Virus record (IMG/VR): IMGVR_UViG_3300013102_000005
Location: 29,778 to 93,777 of that record
Reading direction: 5' to 3' (one strand)
DNA length: 64,000 nucleotides
From: a virus
Both the position numbers and the translations under genes were made by a program. Each line of letters starts with the position of its first letter. Positions within the stretch are counted from its first letter, which is position 1. The notes under the pieces are model-generated. The model was not told the origin of the DNA. It made no database searches and was given only the letters and a program-made list of their open reading frames with translations. Shown piece after piece: positions 29,532 to 38,190 of this stretch.

Positions 29532-29588
29532 GGCTGCATGGGTCAGGACGCCGGCGCCGGTCGCGCTGCGTACTCACCGATGCACCCT
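29532..29588 (-). promoter_or_regulatory. Intergenic hairpin, copy 1
   Basis: GGGTGCATCGGTGAG...CTGACCCATGCAGCC. Confidence 0.5.
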
Positions 29589-29692
29589 TGCGGGGTTCGG
29601 GCCGGTTGCCACTCCCGGCGATCACCCTCACCAGCGTCGCTGGCCAGGGCATCGGCTTCACCCTGTGCGGCCACTGCCAGCCAGGGAGGTCT

Positions 29693-29761
29693 TGGGCGAG
29701 GCGGTGGAGTTGAACCACCGAGTCGGGATGATGAGTCCCGTCTTGCACCGGCATGCCTCGC
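29693..29761 (-). tRNA. Atypical tRNA, anticodon CAT (Met/Ile2), truncated D arm
   Basis: GCGAGGC/GCCTCGC acceptor then CCA; CGGGA-CTCATCA-TCCCG anticodon arm; GGTGG-TTCAACT-CCACC T arm; D arm only TGC-CGGT-GCA. Confidence 0.75.
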
Positions 29762-29973
29762 AGTGCTCATGCCCTCTTGACGCCCGTTGCCGGGGAGGAC
29801 TTACGACTGGGTCCCGCCATTGGGCCAGCCCACTCCGTTGGGCGACCCTGCCGAGGAGGTTGCCGGCAGGCGTATCAGCTGTGTGGGATGGTGGCCCTAC
29901 GCTCTCCACACCCACGTATCCAGGCTATCCCTCCGCGAGGGCCGCCCTGGCACGGTGTTTCCAATCCCTCAGC

Positions 29974-30717
29974 TCAAGCGAACAAGTCGCCGCTCGGGCT
30001 GCGTTCGGCCTGGGCCCGGTCGCGCAGGTCGGCGCGATCGGCGATCAGGTCGATGCTGATTTGCTTAACGTTCTGCGCGGTGGACTGGCGCATCCGGCGA
30101 TCAAACTCACCGTTGGCCACCTGGAACTCGCGCTCGATGATTTCGCAGTGCTTCAACTCGCCCGCGATACGGGCATCCGCACCGGTGATGACGTCTTCAA
30201 GGCCGCGCAGAGCCGCCTCCAGCGTTGCCGAGCCGCGCCACTCCTCCTCGTACTCGGGATTGAGCTGGGCCATGCGGCGATGGGCGTGCTTCACGTCCTT
30301 GAGCTTGATGGCGATACGCTGGAGGTCGGAGCGGTCCTGGTTCTGGCCCTGGAGGGCGACACCCACCTGCTGGGCCAGATACTCGTGGTAGCGGCTGGTG
30401 GACTCGGCGATGGTGTTGGCCACCAGCCTGACGCGAAAGCTCTGGTTGTTCTCGGCAGCGTCGGCCAGGGGGTCGTCGCTGGTGCCGGACAGGTAGTCCA
30501 GAGGTACTGCGAACAGCTCGGCCATGCCGATCATGTCCAGCAGCTTGGGCATGCGCTCACCGCTCTCCCAAAGACTGATCTGGGTAGCGTTTTCGTGTCC
30601 CAAGTGATGCGCAACTGCGTCCTGGCTCATGTCCGCCAATTTGCGGGCAGCGTAGATGCGGCAACCTATGATCTGGCGCAGCTTTGCGGCTCTTTCGGCA
30701 GCGGTCGGAATGGCCAT
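29974..30717 (-). CDS. XRE-family HTH regulator (candidate repressor)
   Basis: RIYAARKLADMSQDAVAHHLG...QISLWESGERMP...VPLDYL; operator TAGCAAATGATA at 30748-30759 upstream. Confidence 0.85.
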   Translation of the reverse strand: MAIPTAAERAAKLRQIIGCRIYAARKLADMSQDAVAHHLGHENATQISLWESGERMPKLLDMIGMAELFAVPLDYLSGTSDDPLADAAENNQSFRVRLVANTIAESTSRYHEYLAQQVGVALQGQNQDRSDLQRIAIKLKDVKHAHRRMAQLNPEYEEEWRGSATLEAALRGLEDVITGADARIAGELKHCEIIEREFQVANGEFDRRMRQSTAQNVKQISIDLIADRADLRDRAQAERSPSGDLFA

Positions 30718-30839
30718 GGACGACGTCTCTCATGGGGTGAATTTCTGTAGCAAATGATAGAAATATCACACCCTAACCGCAACGCAGTTCACGCTTTCCC
30801 TGTGAACTTATTCCCATTGACAGGATCGTTTCTGTCGAT

Positions 30840-31319
30840 CTAGGAAAACCGGATGATTTCGTCCACCTGCTGCTGTAGCCGCTGCTCGTCCAGCTGGTTG
30901 CGGTACACGTGCTTGAGGATGGCGTTGATGACGTCGGAGTAGATCGCCTGGGCCTGCTCTTCCTTGCAGTTGGCGTAGCTCAGGCTCGCGGCCTTGAGCC
31001 GCACCTTGCCGGTGATGTCATAGGTCGGCTCGTAGTGGCCGGCCATGATGATCAGGTCCTTGCGGAAGCGATCGATGCACGGCACCACCTGGCGGCCTCG
31101 GTACTCCATCGCGGCCAGGTTGTTCTCGCACCAGTGGTCATAGGCCACGCGGAACAGCACCATGGTTTTCTGGAGGAACTTGTAGTTGCGGACCTGCTTG
31201 ACCTCGCAACGCACGCCAGCGCCGACCTTGAGCCTTTGCAGCTGCTCGATGCCCTCCTCGGTGGCCGGCCGTAGCGACCCGTCCATGGTCTTGACGAGGA
31301 TGATCTCCAAGGCGCGCAC
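30840..31319 (-). CDS. DUF1367 family (NinB-like) protein
   Basis: VRNYKF..K...FRKDLIIMAGHY...ASLSYAN. Confidence 0.8.
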   Translation of the reverse strand: MRALEIILVKTMDGSLRPATEEGIEQLQRLKVGAGVRCEVKQVRNYKFLQKTMVLFRVAYDHWCENNLAAMEYRGRQVVPCIDRFRKDLIIMAGHYEPTYDITGKVRLKAASLSYANCKEEQAQAIYSDVINAILKHVYRNQLDEQRLQQQVDEIIRFS

Positions 31320-31332
31320 TCCAGAGGGTGCG

Positions 31333-31611
31333 CTACTCCTCGGTGGCGTTGAGCCCCAGGATCTCGTGCACCCGTTGTTTCAGGGCTGGGAAGAGGTGCG
31401 GGGCGTCCCGGCGCTCGGCCTGCATGATGCGGCGGCGCTCCAGACGATCCGGCTGGGACATGATGAAAGCGGTCAGGTAGTCCACCCGGAGCGCCTTTCC
31501 GATTTCGCAGTAGCGCGCCGACGGCGCATGGCAGCAGCGTGCTGCGCTCATGATGTGAGCGAGGTAAGGCGCGTGGGCCGCTTCCACCGGATCAGTCTCG
31601 AGATCGGTCAC
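31333..31611 (-). CDS. Hypothetical protein
   Basis: GTG start overlapping upstream stop; H/C cluster. Confidence 0.55.
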   Translation of the reverse strand: MTDLETDPVEAAHAPYLAHIMSAARCCHAPSARYCEIGKALRVDYLTAFIMSQPDRLERRRIMQAERRDAPHLFPALKQRVHEILGLNATEE

Positions 31612-32072
31612 GCGCGAACTTCCTCGATGTCGTAGCCACCGCCGTCCGCCGCCTTGCGCGGATAGACCAGGTAGAACGCAAATGGGTAGCGCTGCGCGGC
31701 CCATTGCATTTTGACCTTGGAGTCCTCCTGGGTGATGGCGCGGGCGCCCTTGGTGTCGTGCATTTCCAGCTGGCCATCGGCGAGCATGACGGCGAAGTCC
31801 ACCGTGAGGTGGCGATTGTTGGCGAGCTTGAACTTGATCGCCTCGAACGCCCACCAGAGGATCTCCCCCGCCTGCTTTCGCTGATCCAGGTACTGCGCGT
31901 AGGCCTCCTCGGTCTTGTTCATCACGCCAGCCGGCAGGCGCCCCTTGGCGAACAGCTTCGCCTTGGGGTCCTTGGCCTTGGCCGACGACGGTTGGCCGGC
32001 CGAGGGCGGCGACTGACGGCCCTGGGCCAGGCGCCGCTCGCGGTCGATGACATCCTGGGCCGTCATGCGCAT
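31608..32072 (-). CDS. DUF1064-like PD-(D/E)xK endonuclease / Holliday junction resolvase-like
   Basis: MNKTE..YA...FEAIKFKLA...VDFAV...MHDTKG. Confidence 0.75.
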   Translation of the reverse strand: MRMTAQDVIDRERRLAQGRQSPPSAGQPSSAKAKDPKAKLFAKGRLPAGVMNKTEEAYAQYLDQRKQAGEILWWAFEAIKFKLANNRHLTVDFAVMLADGQLEMHDTKGARAITQEDSKVKMQWAAQRYPFAFYLVYPRKAADGGGYDIEEVRA

Positions 32073-32074
32073 GG

Positions 32075-32515
32075 TCAGTCGTAGCTCGAGCTGGAGGAGC
32101 TGCTGGAGTCGCTGGAGCTGCTCGACCACGAGTCCGAGCCGCTGTAATGGCTATGACTGGAACTGGAGTGGTCGCTATGGCTCGGCGACTCACTACGCAC
32201 CGGCTCGCAGCGCACCGGCTCGGGATCGGCAAGCCGCTTGCGCGGTTCGTCGTCCAGGGCCGCCAGCTGATTCGCCTGATTGTAGGGCGACAGCGGATTG
32301 AGCGGATGCAGTGGGCTGGCCAGCCCCATCGAGTCCGCCGGCGCGCTTTGGCTTTCGAAGCGGACAGTGCCGGCCGGCGCAGACTGCTGGCGTACCTCGG
32401 CACGCTTGGCAGCCACCCCCGGCGGCACCTGGCGCGGCTCGGTCAGCGGAGGGGCGCCGGTGGCGCGCGCTACGGTCCGAGCCTTGCGGTTGCTCCACCA
32501 GGTGCGCAGGCCCAT
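32075..32515 (-). CDS. Phage protein with Ser-rich tail
   Basis: SPLHPLNPLSP motif and poly-Ser C-terminus. Confidence 0.65.
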   Translation of the reverse strand: MGLRTWWSNRKARTVARATGAPPLTEPRQVPPGVAAKRAEVRQQSAPAGTVRFESQSAPADSMGLASPLHPLNPLSPYNQANQLAALDDEPRKRLADPEPVRCEPVRSESPSHSDHSSSSHSHYSGSDSWSSSSSDSSSSSSSSYD

Positions 32516-32979
32516 CAGTGCAGCCCCATGGCGCCAGTGGAGCCAAAGCCGCCCGCGCCACGCTCGGTCGCCGGCAGTTCGACGGGATCGACCTCGCCCA
32601 GAGTGGTCGGCAGGTAGCCCTGGAGCACGATCTGCGCGACCCGCTCGCCATGCTGGAGGGTAATCGGCTGATCCCCCAGGTTGATCAGCGCCACCTTGAT
32701 CTCGCCGGTGTAGTCCTGATCGATCAAGCCGGCGAGCACGTCCAACCCATGGCGGGTAGCCAGACCAGAACGCGGCCAGATGAAACCGGCGACGCCCAGA
32801 GGGAAGTGGATGGCGAAGCCAGTCGGCACCAGGGTGCGCTGGCCAGGCATGAGGGTGTGCTCACCGACCGCCGATAGGTCCAGACCGGCCGCGCCAGGGG
32901 TAGCATGCGACGGGCGCGGCAGGTTGTGCTCGCCGATGCGGACACAGGAGACGAGGTGACGGGTAGGCATGTCGATCAT
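32515..32979 (-). CDS. dut: dUTP diphosphatase
   Basis: AAGLDL, PRSGLA, GLIDQDYTGEI, ERVAQ, RGAGGFGSTG. Confidence 0.95.
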   Translation of the reverse strand: MIDMPTRHLVSCVRIGEHNLPRPSHATPGAAGLDLSAVGEHTLMPGQRTLVPTGFAIHFPLGVAGFIWPRSGLATRHGLDVLAGLIDQDYTGEIKVALINLGDQPITLQHGERVAQIVLQGYLPTTLGEVDPVELPATERGAGGFGSTGAMGLH

Positions 32980-33266
32980 GCTGGCTTGACCTTGCGTGTG
33001 GCCCGGCTGGGCTGGAGGGTATAGGTCTGCCCTTGGTCGAGATCCCATGGGGTCTCGCTCTGGCAGTCCACACAGATTTTCAGGCGCAAGCTGGGCAGCT
33101 GAACCATGCACTTTCCGAAACAGCGCGGACAGACCTTGGTGGTCGGCAGGTCCGCGCCGGCAGGCGCGGCGGTCCGGTGACGCGCCTGGCGCCACCGATT
33201 GGATTTGGGCTTGCTCCAGACCCAGGCCAGCGCGACGCTCACGGCGAGCAGGATGATCTGTTTCAT
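32976..33266 (-). CDS. Membrane-anchored Zn-ribbon protein
   Basis: N-terminal hydrophobic helix, CPRC...CVDC. Confidence 0.6.
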   Translation of the reverse strand: MKQIILLAVSVALAWVWSKPKSNRWRQARHRTAAPAGADLPTTKVCPRCFGKCMVQLPSLRLKICVDCQSETPWDLDQGQTYTLQPSRATRKVKPA

Positions 33267-34477
33267 TCGCACAGTCCGTAGGCAGAGCTGCATGCCTTCC
33301 CATCGTCGGCGGCGGCCAGCAGGTCGAACTGGCGGCCCCCGCGCGCAGTCATCGACCACTCCACCATGCGCTCGATGCCATGCGTCTCATGAGCGATCAG
33401 GTCACTGGACAGTACCGTCGGGTCACCCACAGCCGGGAAGAACGTCGAGTTACCGCGCTTGCAGGCGATCGATACTGACCGCTCCCAGCGAGCCACCCGC
33501 TCGATCACTTCGGGGAAACGCCGGCTGATGTTGCTCAGCTCTTCCTTGCGAGTGTTAACGCACGGCATACAGCCCACGCGACCCATCCCCTCCTCGTACA
33601 GCGGGTTCCATTTGATGCCGTGCCGGCGGTGCATGTCGAACACGTCCGCAGCCGACCAGTGCAGCAGCGGCCGATAGTTGAACAGGCCGTTGCCGACTTC
33701 ATCCTGGATTGGAAGCAGGCTTCGAGCGCGGGACTCATCGGCACGAACGCCTTGCCAGCTGTAGACGTCGGCGGTGGTGTGCAGCGCCAGCAGAGGCTCG
33801 AATACCTGCCGCTGCATGGGGAAGACCTTGAGCTCCTGAGTGCAGAACCTGGTCTTGGTCCCAGGGAATCGGCCGCGCCACAGGCAGAGGTCCAGGAACG
33901 GGATACCCGTGGGTTGCAGCATGGCAATCGCGGCGGCACATACCTCATCGGCCTCGCCGGCCGTCAGCGGCCGCACGGCGCGTCGCGCCGGCATCCAGCT
34001 CCAGCACATGAAATCGTGGGGACCATAGACATGCACTGGTGAGCGGGTAGGCATCGGCACCGCTGGAGGGAAGTCGCTTTCGCTGTCGCAGCCCTCCAAG
34101 TCATTGCGATACCAATGGCCAGGCACCTCGGGTACGCCCGCCATCAACTCGGCCGGCCAGCGCTTGGCGATGTACTCGCGCTTGTGCGCCATCTGGCTGG
34201 TGAAGTCCGCGCGGATCCGCCGGATTTCGAGCCCCAGCGTGGTCTGGAGGTAGTCCACGTAGGCGTAGGTTACCGGGTGCTCATGCCCGGTATCGCAGAA
34301 CACCGCCATGAGGTTGGGCACGTCCAGCTCTCGCGCCAGCAGGAACAGCGCGGTGCTGTCCTTGCCACCGCTGATGCTGAGCACGTTGGTGTCGGCGGCA
34401 TCGAGGCCGGTGATGCGGCAGGTAGCGGCCACCAGGTCGTGGATACGGCCGGCCAGCGGGGTCATCATCATCGTCAT
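33263..34477 (-). CDS. PAPS reductase family protein
   Basis: SISGGKDSTA, DTGHEH, RFCTQELK, GVRADESRAR, RVGCMPC. Confidence 0.9.
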   Translation of the reverse strand: MTMMMTPLAGRIHDLVAATCRITGLDAADTNVLSISGGKDSTALFLLARELDVPNLMAVFCDTGHEHPVTYAYVDYLQTTLGLEIRRIRADFTSQMAHKREYIAKRWPAELMAGVPEVPGHWYRNDLEGCDSESDFPPAVPMPTRSPVHVYGPHDFMCWSWMPARRAVRPLTAGEADEVCAAAIAMLQPTGIPFLDLCLWRGRFPGTKTRFCTQELKVFPMQRQVFEPLLALHTTADVYSWQGVRADESRARSLLPIQDEVGNGLFNYRPLLHWSAADVFDMHRRHGIKWNPLYEEGMGRVGCMPCVNTRKEELSNISRRFPEVIERVARWERSVSIACKRGNSTFFPAVGDPTVLSSDLIAHETHGIERMVEWSMTARGGRQFDLLAAADDGKACSSAYGLCE

Positions 34478-34827
34478 GCCGCAATCTCCAATCCAGTAAG
34501 CTCCAATACCCGCGCCGGCACGTCGTGCCCCAGGCGCAGCAGTTCCTCGGCGATGCCCTTGAGCACCTGCTCCTGGGCGCCGTAGTGCGCCTCCCACCGC
34601 CGCTTGTGCGGGTGCACCGCCAGCGCGGCGCCGTTGTCCTGGTGATGGGGCTCGCACAGCGGCAGCACCAGCCAGTGGGCGTCGGGCTTGGTGCGGCCGT
34701 CGATGTGATGGATCGAGACGTAGCTGTTGAAACCATGGCCATCGGCTGCGCAGCACACGCAACCGATCACCTGGGCAAGCAAATCGTGCCAGCGCTTCTG
34801 CACCGGACTCGGGGTGGTTCCAAACAT
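34474..34827 (-). CDS. ref: Ref-like RecA-dependent HNH nuclease
   Basis: GCVCC...IHHIDGRT...VLPLCEPHHQ...AVHPHK..WE..YG. Confidence 0.75.
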   Translation of the reverse strand: MFGTTPSPVQKRWHDLLAQVIGCVCCAADGHGFNSYVSIHHIDGRTKPDAHWLVLPLCEPHHQDNGAALAVHPHKRRWEAHYGAQEQVLKGIAEELLRLGHDVPARVLELTGLEIAA

Positions 34828-34870
34828 GACCGGACTCCAGCGCCCCAGGCGGGGCGCTCTCGGTAAGGGG

Positions 34871-35704
34871 TTAGCCGCTGAGCTGCTGCCGCTTGGCCGC
34901 GAGGAGCCGCAGCTCCGCCTCGGCGACCTGGCGCTGGCGCGCCTCCTCGAACTCGCGCTCACGCTGCTGGAGCGATCGCGCGTCCTCGACCTTCGGTGCA
35001 ATTCGCTTGCGCCCGCCCAGGGTGCTGAGCATGTCGCTGATCATGGCCTTCTGGGCCTCCGGTGCGATGGTGCGCTTTCCCGCGCCCTTGGCTTCCGGCG
35101 CCGGCAGGTAGGCGGCCGGCTTCTCGGGATCGTAGGGCGGCGGCACGGGCAGGCCTTCCTTGCGGGCCTTCTCCAGCGCGCTGGTAAAGCGCGAGCGGAT
35201 GTCCCGCCAGGACAGCTCCTCCAGGTCCTTACCCATGGCCACGGCCGCGTGATACACCGCAGGCTCTGTCCATCGCGCCTGGCTCACCAGCTCGCCGTCG
35301 ATACGGGCCGGCCGGCGGTGCTTCGGGATCTCGCGCACGGCCTCGTGGAACGCATCCTCGGGATCCAGGCGCGGCCGGCAGGCGGCGATGAAGTCTTCCA
35401 CCGTCACCCGCCCGAACTGCATGTCCCGACGGCTGATCACCTCGCCCAGCCTGGCCAGGCCGATCTGGACCTCATCCGGCCGCAGTTGGACGACCACGAA
35501 GCGCATCGCCCAGGCCTGGCGCCAGTGCTCCAGGGAGTCTTCGCTGGTGAAGTGACGCGACCAGGCACCCGGCATCAGGCCATTGAGGCGTGCCCACAGG
35601 ATCTGCATCAGCGACAGGCCGTCCAGGGCGGGCTCGCTGGGGCAGGGCCGTGACTCAGTCCAAACGTTCGGCTTGGCCTTCGATGACATCGCGATTGCGG
35701 TCAT
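34871..35704 (-). CDS. Replication protein P-like helicase loader
   Basis: Follows O-like gene; W...F.AACRP.LD.E.AF.EA...W..PAVY pattern. Confidence 0.55.
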   Translation of the reverse strand: MTAIAMSSKAKPNVWTESRPCPSEPALDGLSLMQILWARLNGLMPGAWSRHFTSEDSLEHWRQAWAMRFVVVQLRPDEVQIGLARLGEVISRRDMQFGRVTVEDFIAACRPRLDPEDAFHEAVREIPKHRRPARIDGELVSQARWTEPAVYHAAVAMGKDLEELSWRDIRSRFTSALEKARKEGLPVPPPYDPEKPAAYLPAPEAKGAGKRTIAPEAQKAMISDMLSTLGGRKRIAPKVEDARSLQQREREFEEARQRQVAEAELRLLAAKRQQLSG

Positions 35705-36623
35705 GGGTGCGCTCCTCTCGGGTGGATTGGGTGCCTCGGGCGTTGGCCAGCGTCGGATCGAACCGCTCCTCGCGGAGATCCTGGCGAGTATTGGCCGTGG
35801 GGTCTTCGTAGATCCGCAGGAATCGCTCGGTCTTCTCGGCCTCGCGGAAGATCAGCGACAGGTCGTTGTACTTCACCTTGCCCTTGATCGGCCGGCCTTG
35901 GTCGTCACGACCCATGTGGAAGTGCGAGCGTGAACACCCGGTGATGGCGTTCAGGGTCGTGTCCAGCCCGTAGGTTCTCAAGGCGCGGTTCAGGATGGCG
36001 CGGCGTTTGGCGTCGAGCAGCGAACGGGGGGATGCCATCGAGTTCTGCCAGTGAACGAATACCCGCTCCACGAGGCGCTCACGGTCAGCAGCGGTCAGCG
36101 CAGCAAACACATCGGCCGTCACCAGGCGTCCGTCGCCAGACGGACAAGTATCTGTCTCTACTGGATTATTGTTGTTTGTATTATTCCCTTGCGTGTTTTC
36201 CGAAGGGGGGTATTCGGATTCCCGAACACACCCCTTCGGAATCTCGAAGGGGTCAGAGCCCGTGTTCGAATTATCGAAGGGGGGCAAGTCTGGGCCCCGC
36301 GTCACAGAAACCGGCGCGCCCAGTGGACGGGTCAGACGGATGATCCGGGTCTGTACCTGCTTGGTCCCCGCCTTGTATTTCAGCTCCACCGAGATCAGGC
36401 GCTTCTGCTCCAGGCCGCTGATGATCTCCGATACCCGCGACTTGGACAGGTTGAAGAACTCAGCGAAGTAGGCGTTCTTGGCGTAGCACCCGCGCTCGAC
36501 GTCATCCAGGCTGTCGATCTCCGTCAGCATCACCTTCTCGACGATGGACAAGTCCCGATCCAGCCACACCTCGGCGGGGATCCAGACGCCCTTGAATTTG
36601 CGTTTTGGCTCGAAACACGTCAC
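35655..36623 (-). CDS. Lytic replication initiator (N-terminal winged HTH, lambda O-like)
   Basis: FKGVWIP.EVW...LTEIDSL...GCYAKNAYFAEFFNLSKSRVSEIISGL; internal iterons. Confidence 0.8.
   Translation of the reverse strand: MTCFEPKRKFKGVWIPAEVWLDRDLSIVEKVMLTEIDSLDDVERGCYAKNAYFAEFFNLSKSRVSEIISGLEQKRLISVELKYKAGTKQVQTRIIRLTRPLGAPVSVTRGPDLPPFDNSNTGSDPFEIPKGCVRESEYPPSENTQGNNTNNNNPVETDTCPSGDGRLVTADVFAALTAADRERLVERVFVHWQNSMASPRSLLDAKRRAILNRALRTYGLDTTLNAITGCSRSHFHMGRDDQGRPIKGKVKYNDLSLIFREAEKTERFLRIYEDPTANTRQDLREERFDPTLANARGTQSTREERTHDRNRDVIEGQAERLD
36145..36285. repeat. Putative lytic origin: iterons plus AT-rich tract inside initiator gene
   Basis: TTCGGATTCCCGAA, TTCGGAATCTCGAA, TTCGAATTATCGAA and a partial copy, beside the AT-rich 36145-36190 tract. 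Confidence 0.6.
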
Positions 36624-37194
36624 GCGGTCACCTCGAAAACAGTTGCAGCCGGTGCCCGACGACGGGAGCCAAAGCCGATAGAGCGGTGGAGTGACAGGGC
36701 GCCAGAGGCACTGCGGCGGCCTGTTCGCAGGTGCTGAAATTCACGCTGCGTGTTTTCTATCGACTGAGATTCGGATTCTTTAGCGGGTTTCGTGCAGCAG
36801 AACACAGACACAGATAGACCGTTCCTTGGAATATAGCGGGTTTTGTGCGCATTCTCCCCGTCTGAATTGCCGTTGACCAGTGCCGCCCGTGCCATTCGTT
36901 TGACCGGTACACCGTCAATTTTCTGTATCAATTGCGGGACAATGACGCCCGCACCTGCTGTAAAACCGTCGCCAGTCGTGCCGAATCGTCCAGCTTTTTC
37001 AGGCTGAACGATCCCGCACAGCCTTACGGCCGTGTTCGAAAATTTCATGCGCTTTCCCCAGGCATGAGTGTTATGTCGTGCCGGCCTCGCGACCAGCTTG
37101 TTCCCCAGGTGAGAGAGGATGGAAGGGCCCCATGCCTGGGGAGACGGGCCTTTTCAGCGGGGCAGCTACTCCTCGCCTATCCATCCCTTTGCCA

Positions 37195-37458
37195 CTATGC
37201 GCTAGCGGCCAGCGTGTTGCACTCGGAGCGAACCAGCTCATAGCGCACGTAGGCTTTGCCCGGTACGCGGTGGTTGATGATCGTTCCGAGCTTGTCCTGG
37301 TCCAGGTCATGCCGGATGTCTCGAATACGGGCGCTTATGGCCGAATCCGAGTCCGTTTGCACGAACCGTTCCAGGATCTTCTCGCGGATCTGGAACAGCG
37401 CCAGCGGCGCGTCCGCGTCCTCAAGAACCCTTTTTACCCTTTGATATTGACTGAGCAT
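37195..37458 (-). CDS. Small winged-helix protein
   Basis: SDSAISARIRDIR...VRYEL. Confidence 0.7.
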   Translation of the reverse strand: MLSQYQRVKRVLEDADAPLALFQIREKILERFVQTDSDSAISARIRDIRHDLDQDKLGTIINHRVPGKAYVRYELVRSECNTLAASA

Positions 37459-37936
37459 CCGTTGGTAACCCGTCCCGCAGCTCCTGGAGTAACTCCAGTT
37501 TCGCCTGCGCCTTGATGGCGTCTTGGGCCAGGTTTCCCATTCGGAAGTACAGCGCCGACATCACGTAGTCCCACTTGATCGCATGGGAAGGGTCTTCCTC
37601 CCACACAAGCTCCCTCATATCGAGGGTGCCGCCAGACTCCTTGTCCAGATTGATGGCCAGCCAGACCGCGATATTGCGATCACCCGAGGCAACTTGCCGC
37701 AGGTGGCCCAGCGTGGTCCCGCAGCGCTTGGCGAACTCCTCACGCTGCTCCGGCGAACGGAGGTTGCGCTTGATGAACAGCCGTAACGCCACCAGGCCGG
37801 GCCTGGATTTGCGCTCCTCCTTCGCCGAATCCACGGCCCGCTTTCCCTTGGGCTTCTGGTCTAACTCCTTGCCCTGATCTTCGCCGGCCGCTCCGACGTC
37901 CTTTCCGCTCAGCCCGTTATCGGCATTCGCGTTCAT
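37421..37936 (-). CDS. Cro/YdaS-like transcriptional regulator
   Basis: REEFAKRCGTTLGHLRQVASG.R...LAINLDKESGG. Confidence 0.8.
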   Translation of the reverse strand: MNANADNGLSGKDVGAAGEDQGKELDQKPKGKRAVDSAKEERKSRPGLVALRLFIKRNLRSPEQREEFAKRCGTTLGHLRQVASGDRNIAVWLAINLDKESGGTLDMRELVWEEDPSHAIKWDYVMSALYFRMGNLAQDAIKAQAKLELLQELRDGLPTDAQSISKGKKGS

Positions 37937-37959
37937 ACGACTCTCCATGGGCTTCACCC

Positions 37960-38175
37960 AAATAATGTAGCAAACGATACAAGTCGTGCCAATCACTTGC
38001 GGCATGACTTTCCCAAAAGGGACGACTTGCTCTAATCCTTTAAAGCCGCGCAGTGACATTGGTTTCCCTGACTAGATCCGTCTGCGCTTCGTCGTGTTTT
38101 TTGCATCACCTGCTGAAATATCGCTTGCGCAATTGACTAGCAGACGCTAGATTTTTTGAGCAGATGCTACAAACA
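37960..38175. promoter_or_regulatory. Divergent early control region with multiple operators
   Basis: TAGCAAACGATA 37968-37979, TAGCAGACGCTA 38138-38149, GAGCAGATGCTA 38158-38169, weaker sites 38104-38130. Confidence 0.7.
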
Positions 38176-38190
38176 CAATCGGAGGCTACC

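Noticed and set aside
29620-29880. HDV-like (theta) or hammerhead ribozyme beside the tRNA
   Set aside because: Could not assemble the nested pseudoknot or the CUGANGA/GAAA core by eye
33076-33119. TTCGGAAA upstream of dut as an eighth late promoter
   Set aside because: Intragenic, and the hexamer at 30 nt is GAAAAT rather than YAnnnT; left uncalled
33263-34477. Dnd phosphorothioation system
   Set aside because: No dndA/B/D/E neighbours; solitary PAPS-reductase-like genes are common in phages
36161-36204. TTCGGAAA inside the replication initiator
   Set aside because: No -10 at 30 nt; better explained as part of the origin repeats
36620-37048. 142-aa ORF, or a P1 c4/icd/ant immunity region
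   Set aside because: Atypical composition, and no c4 a/b target repeats or antirepressor gene recognised
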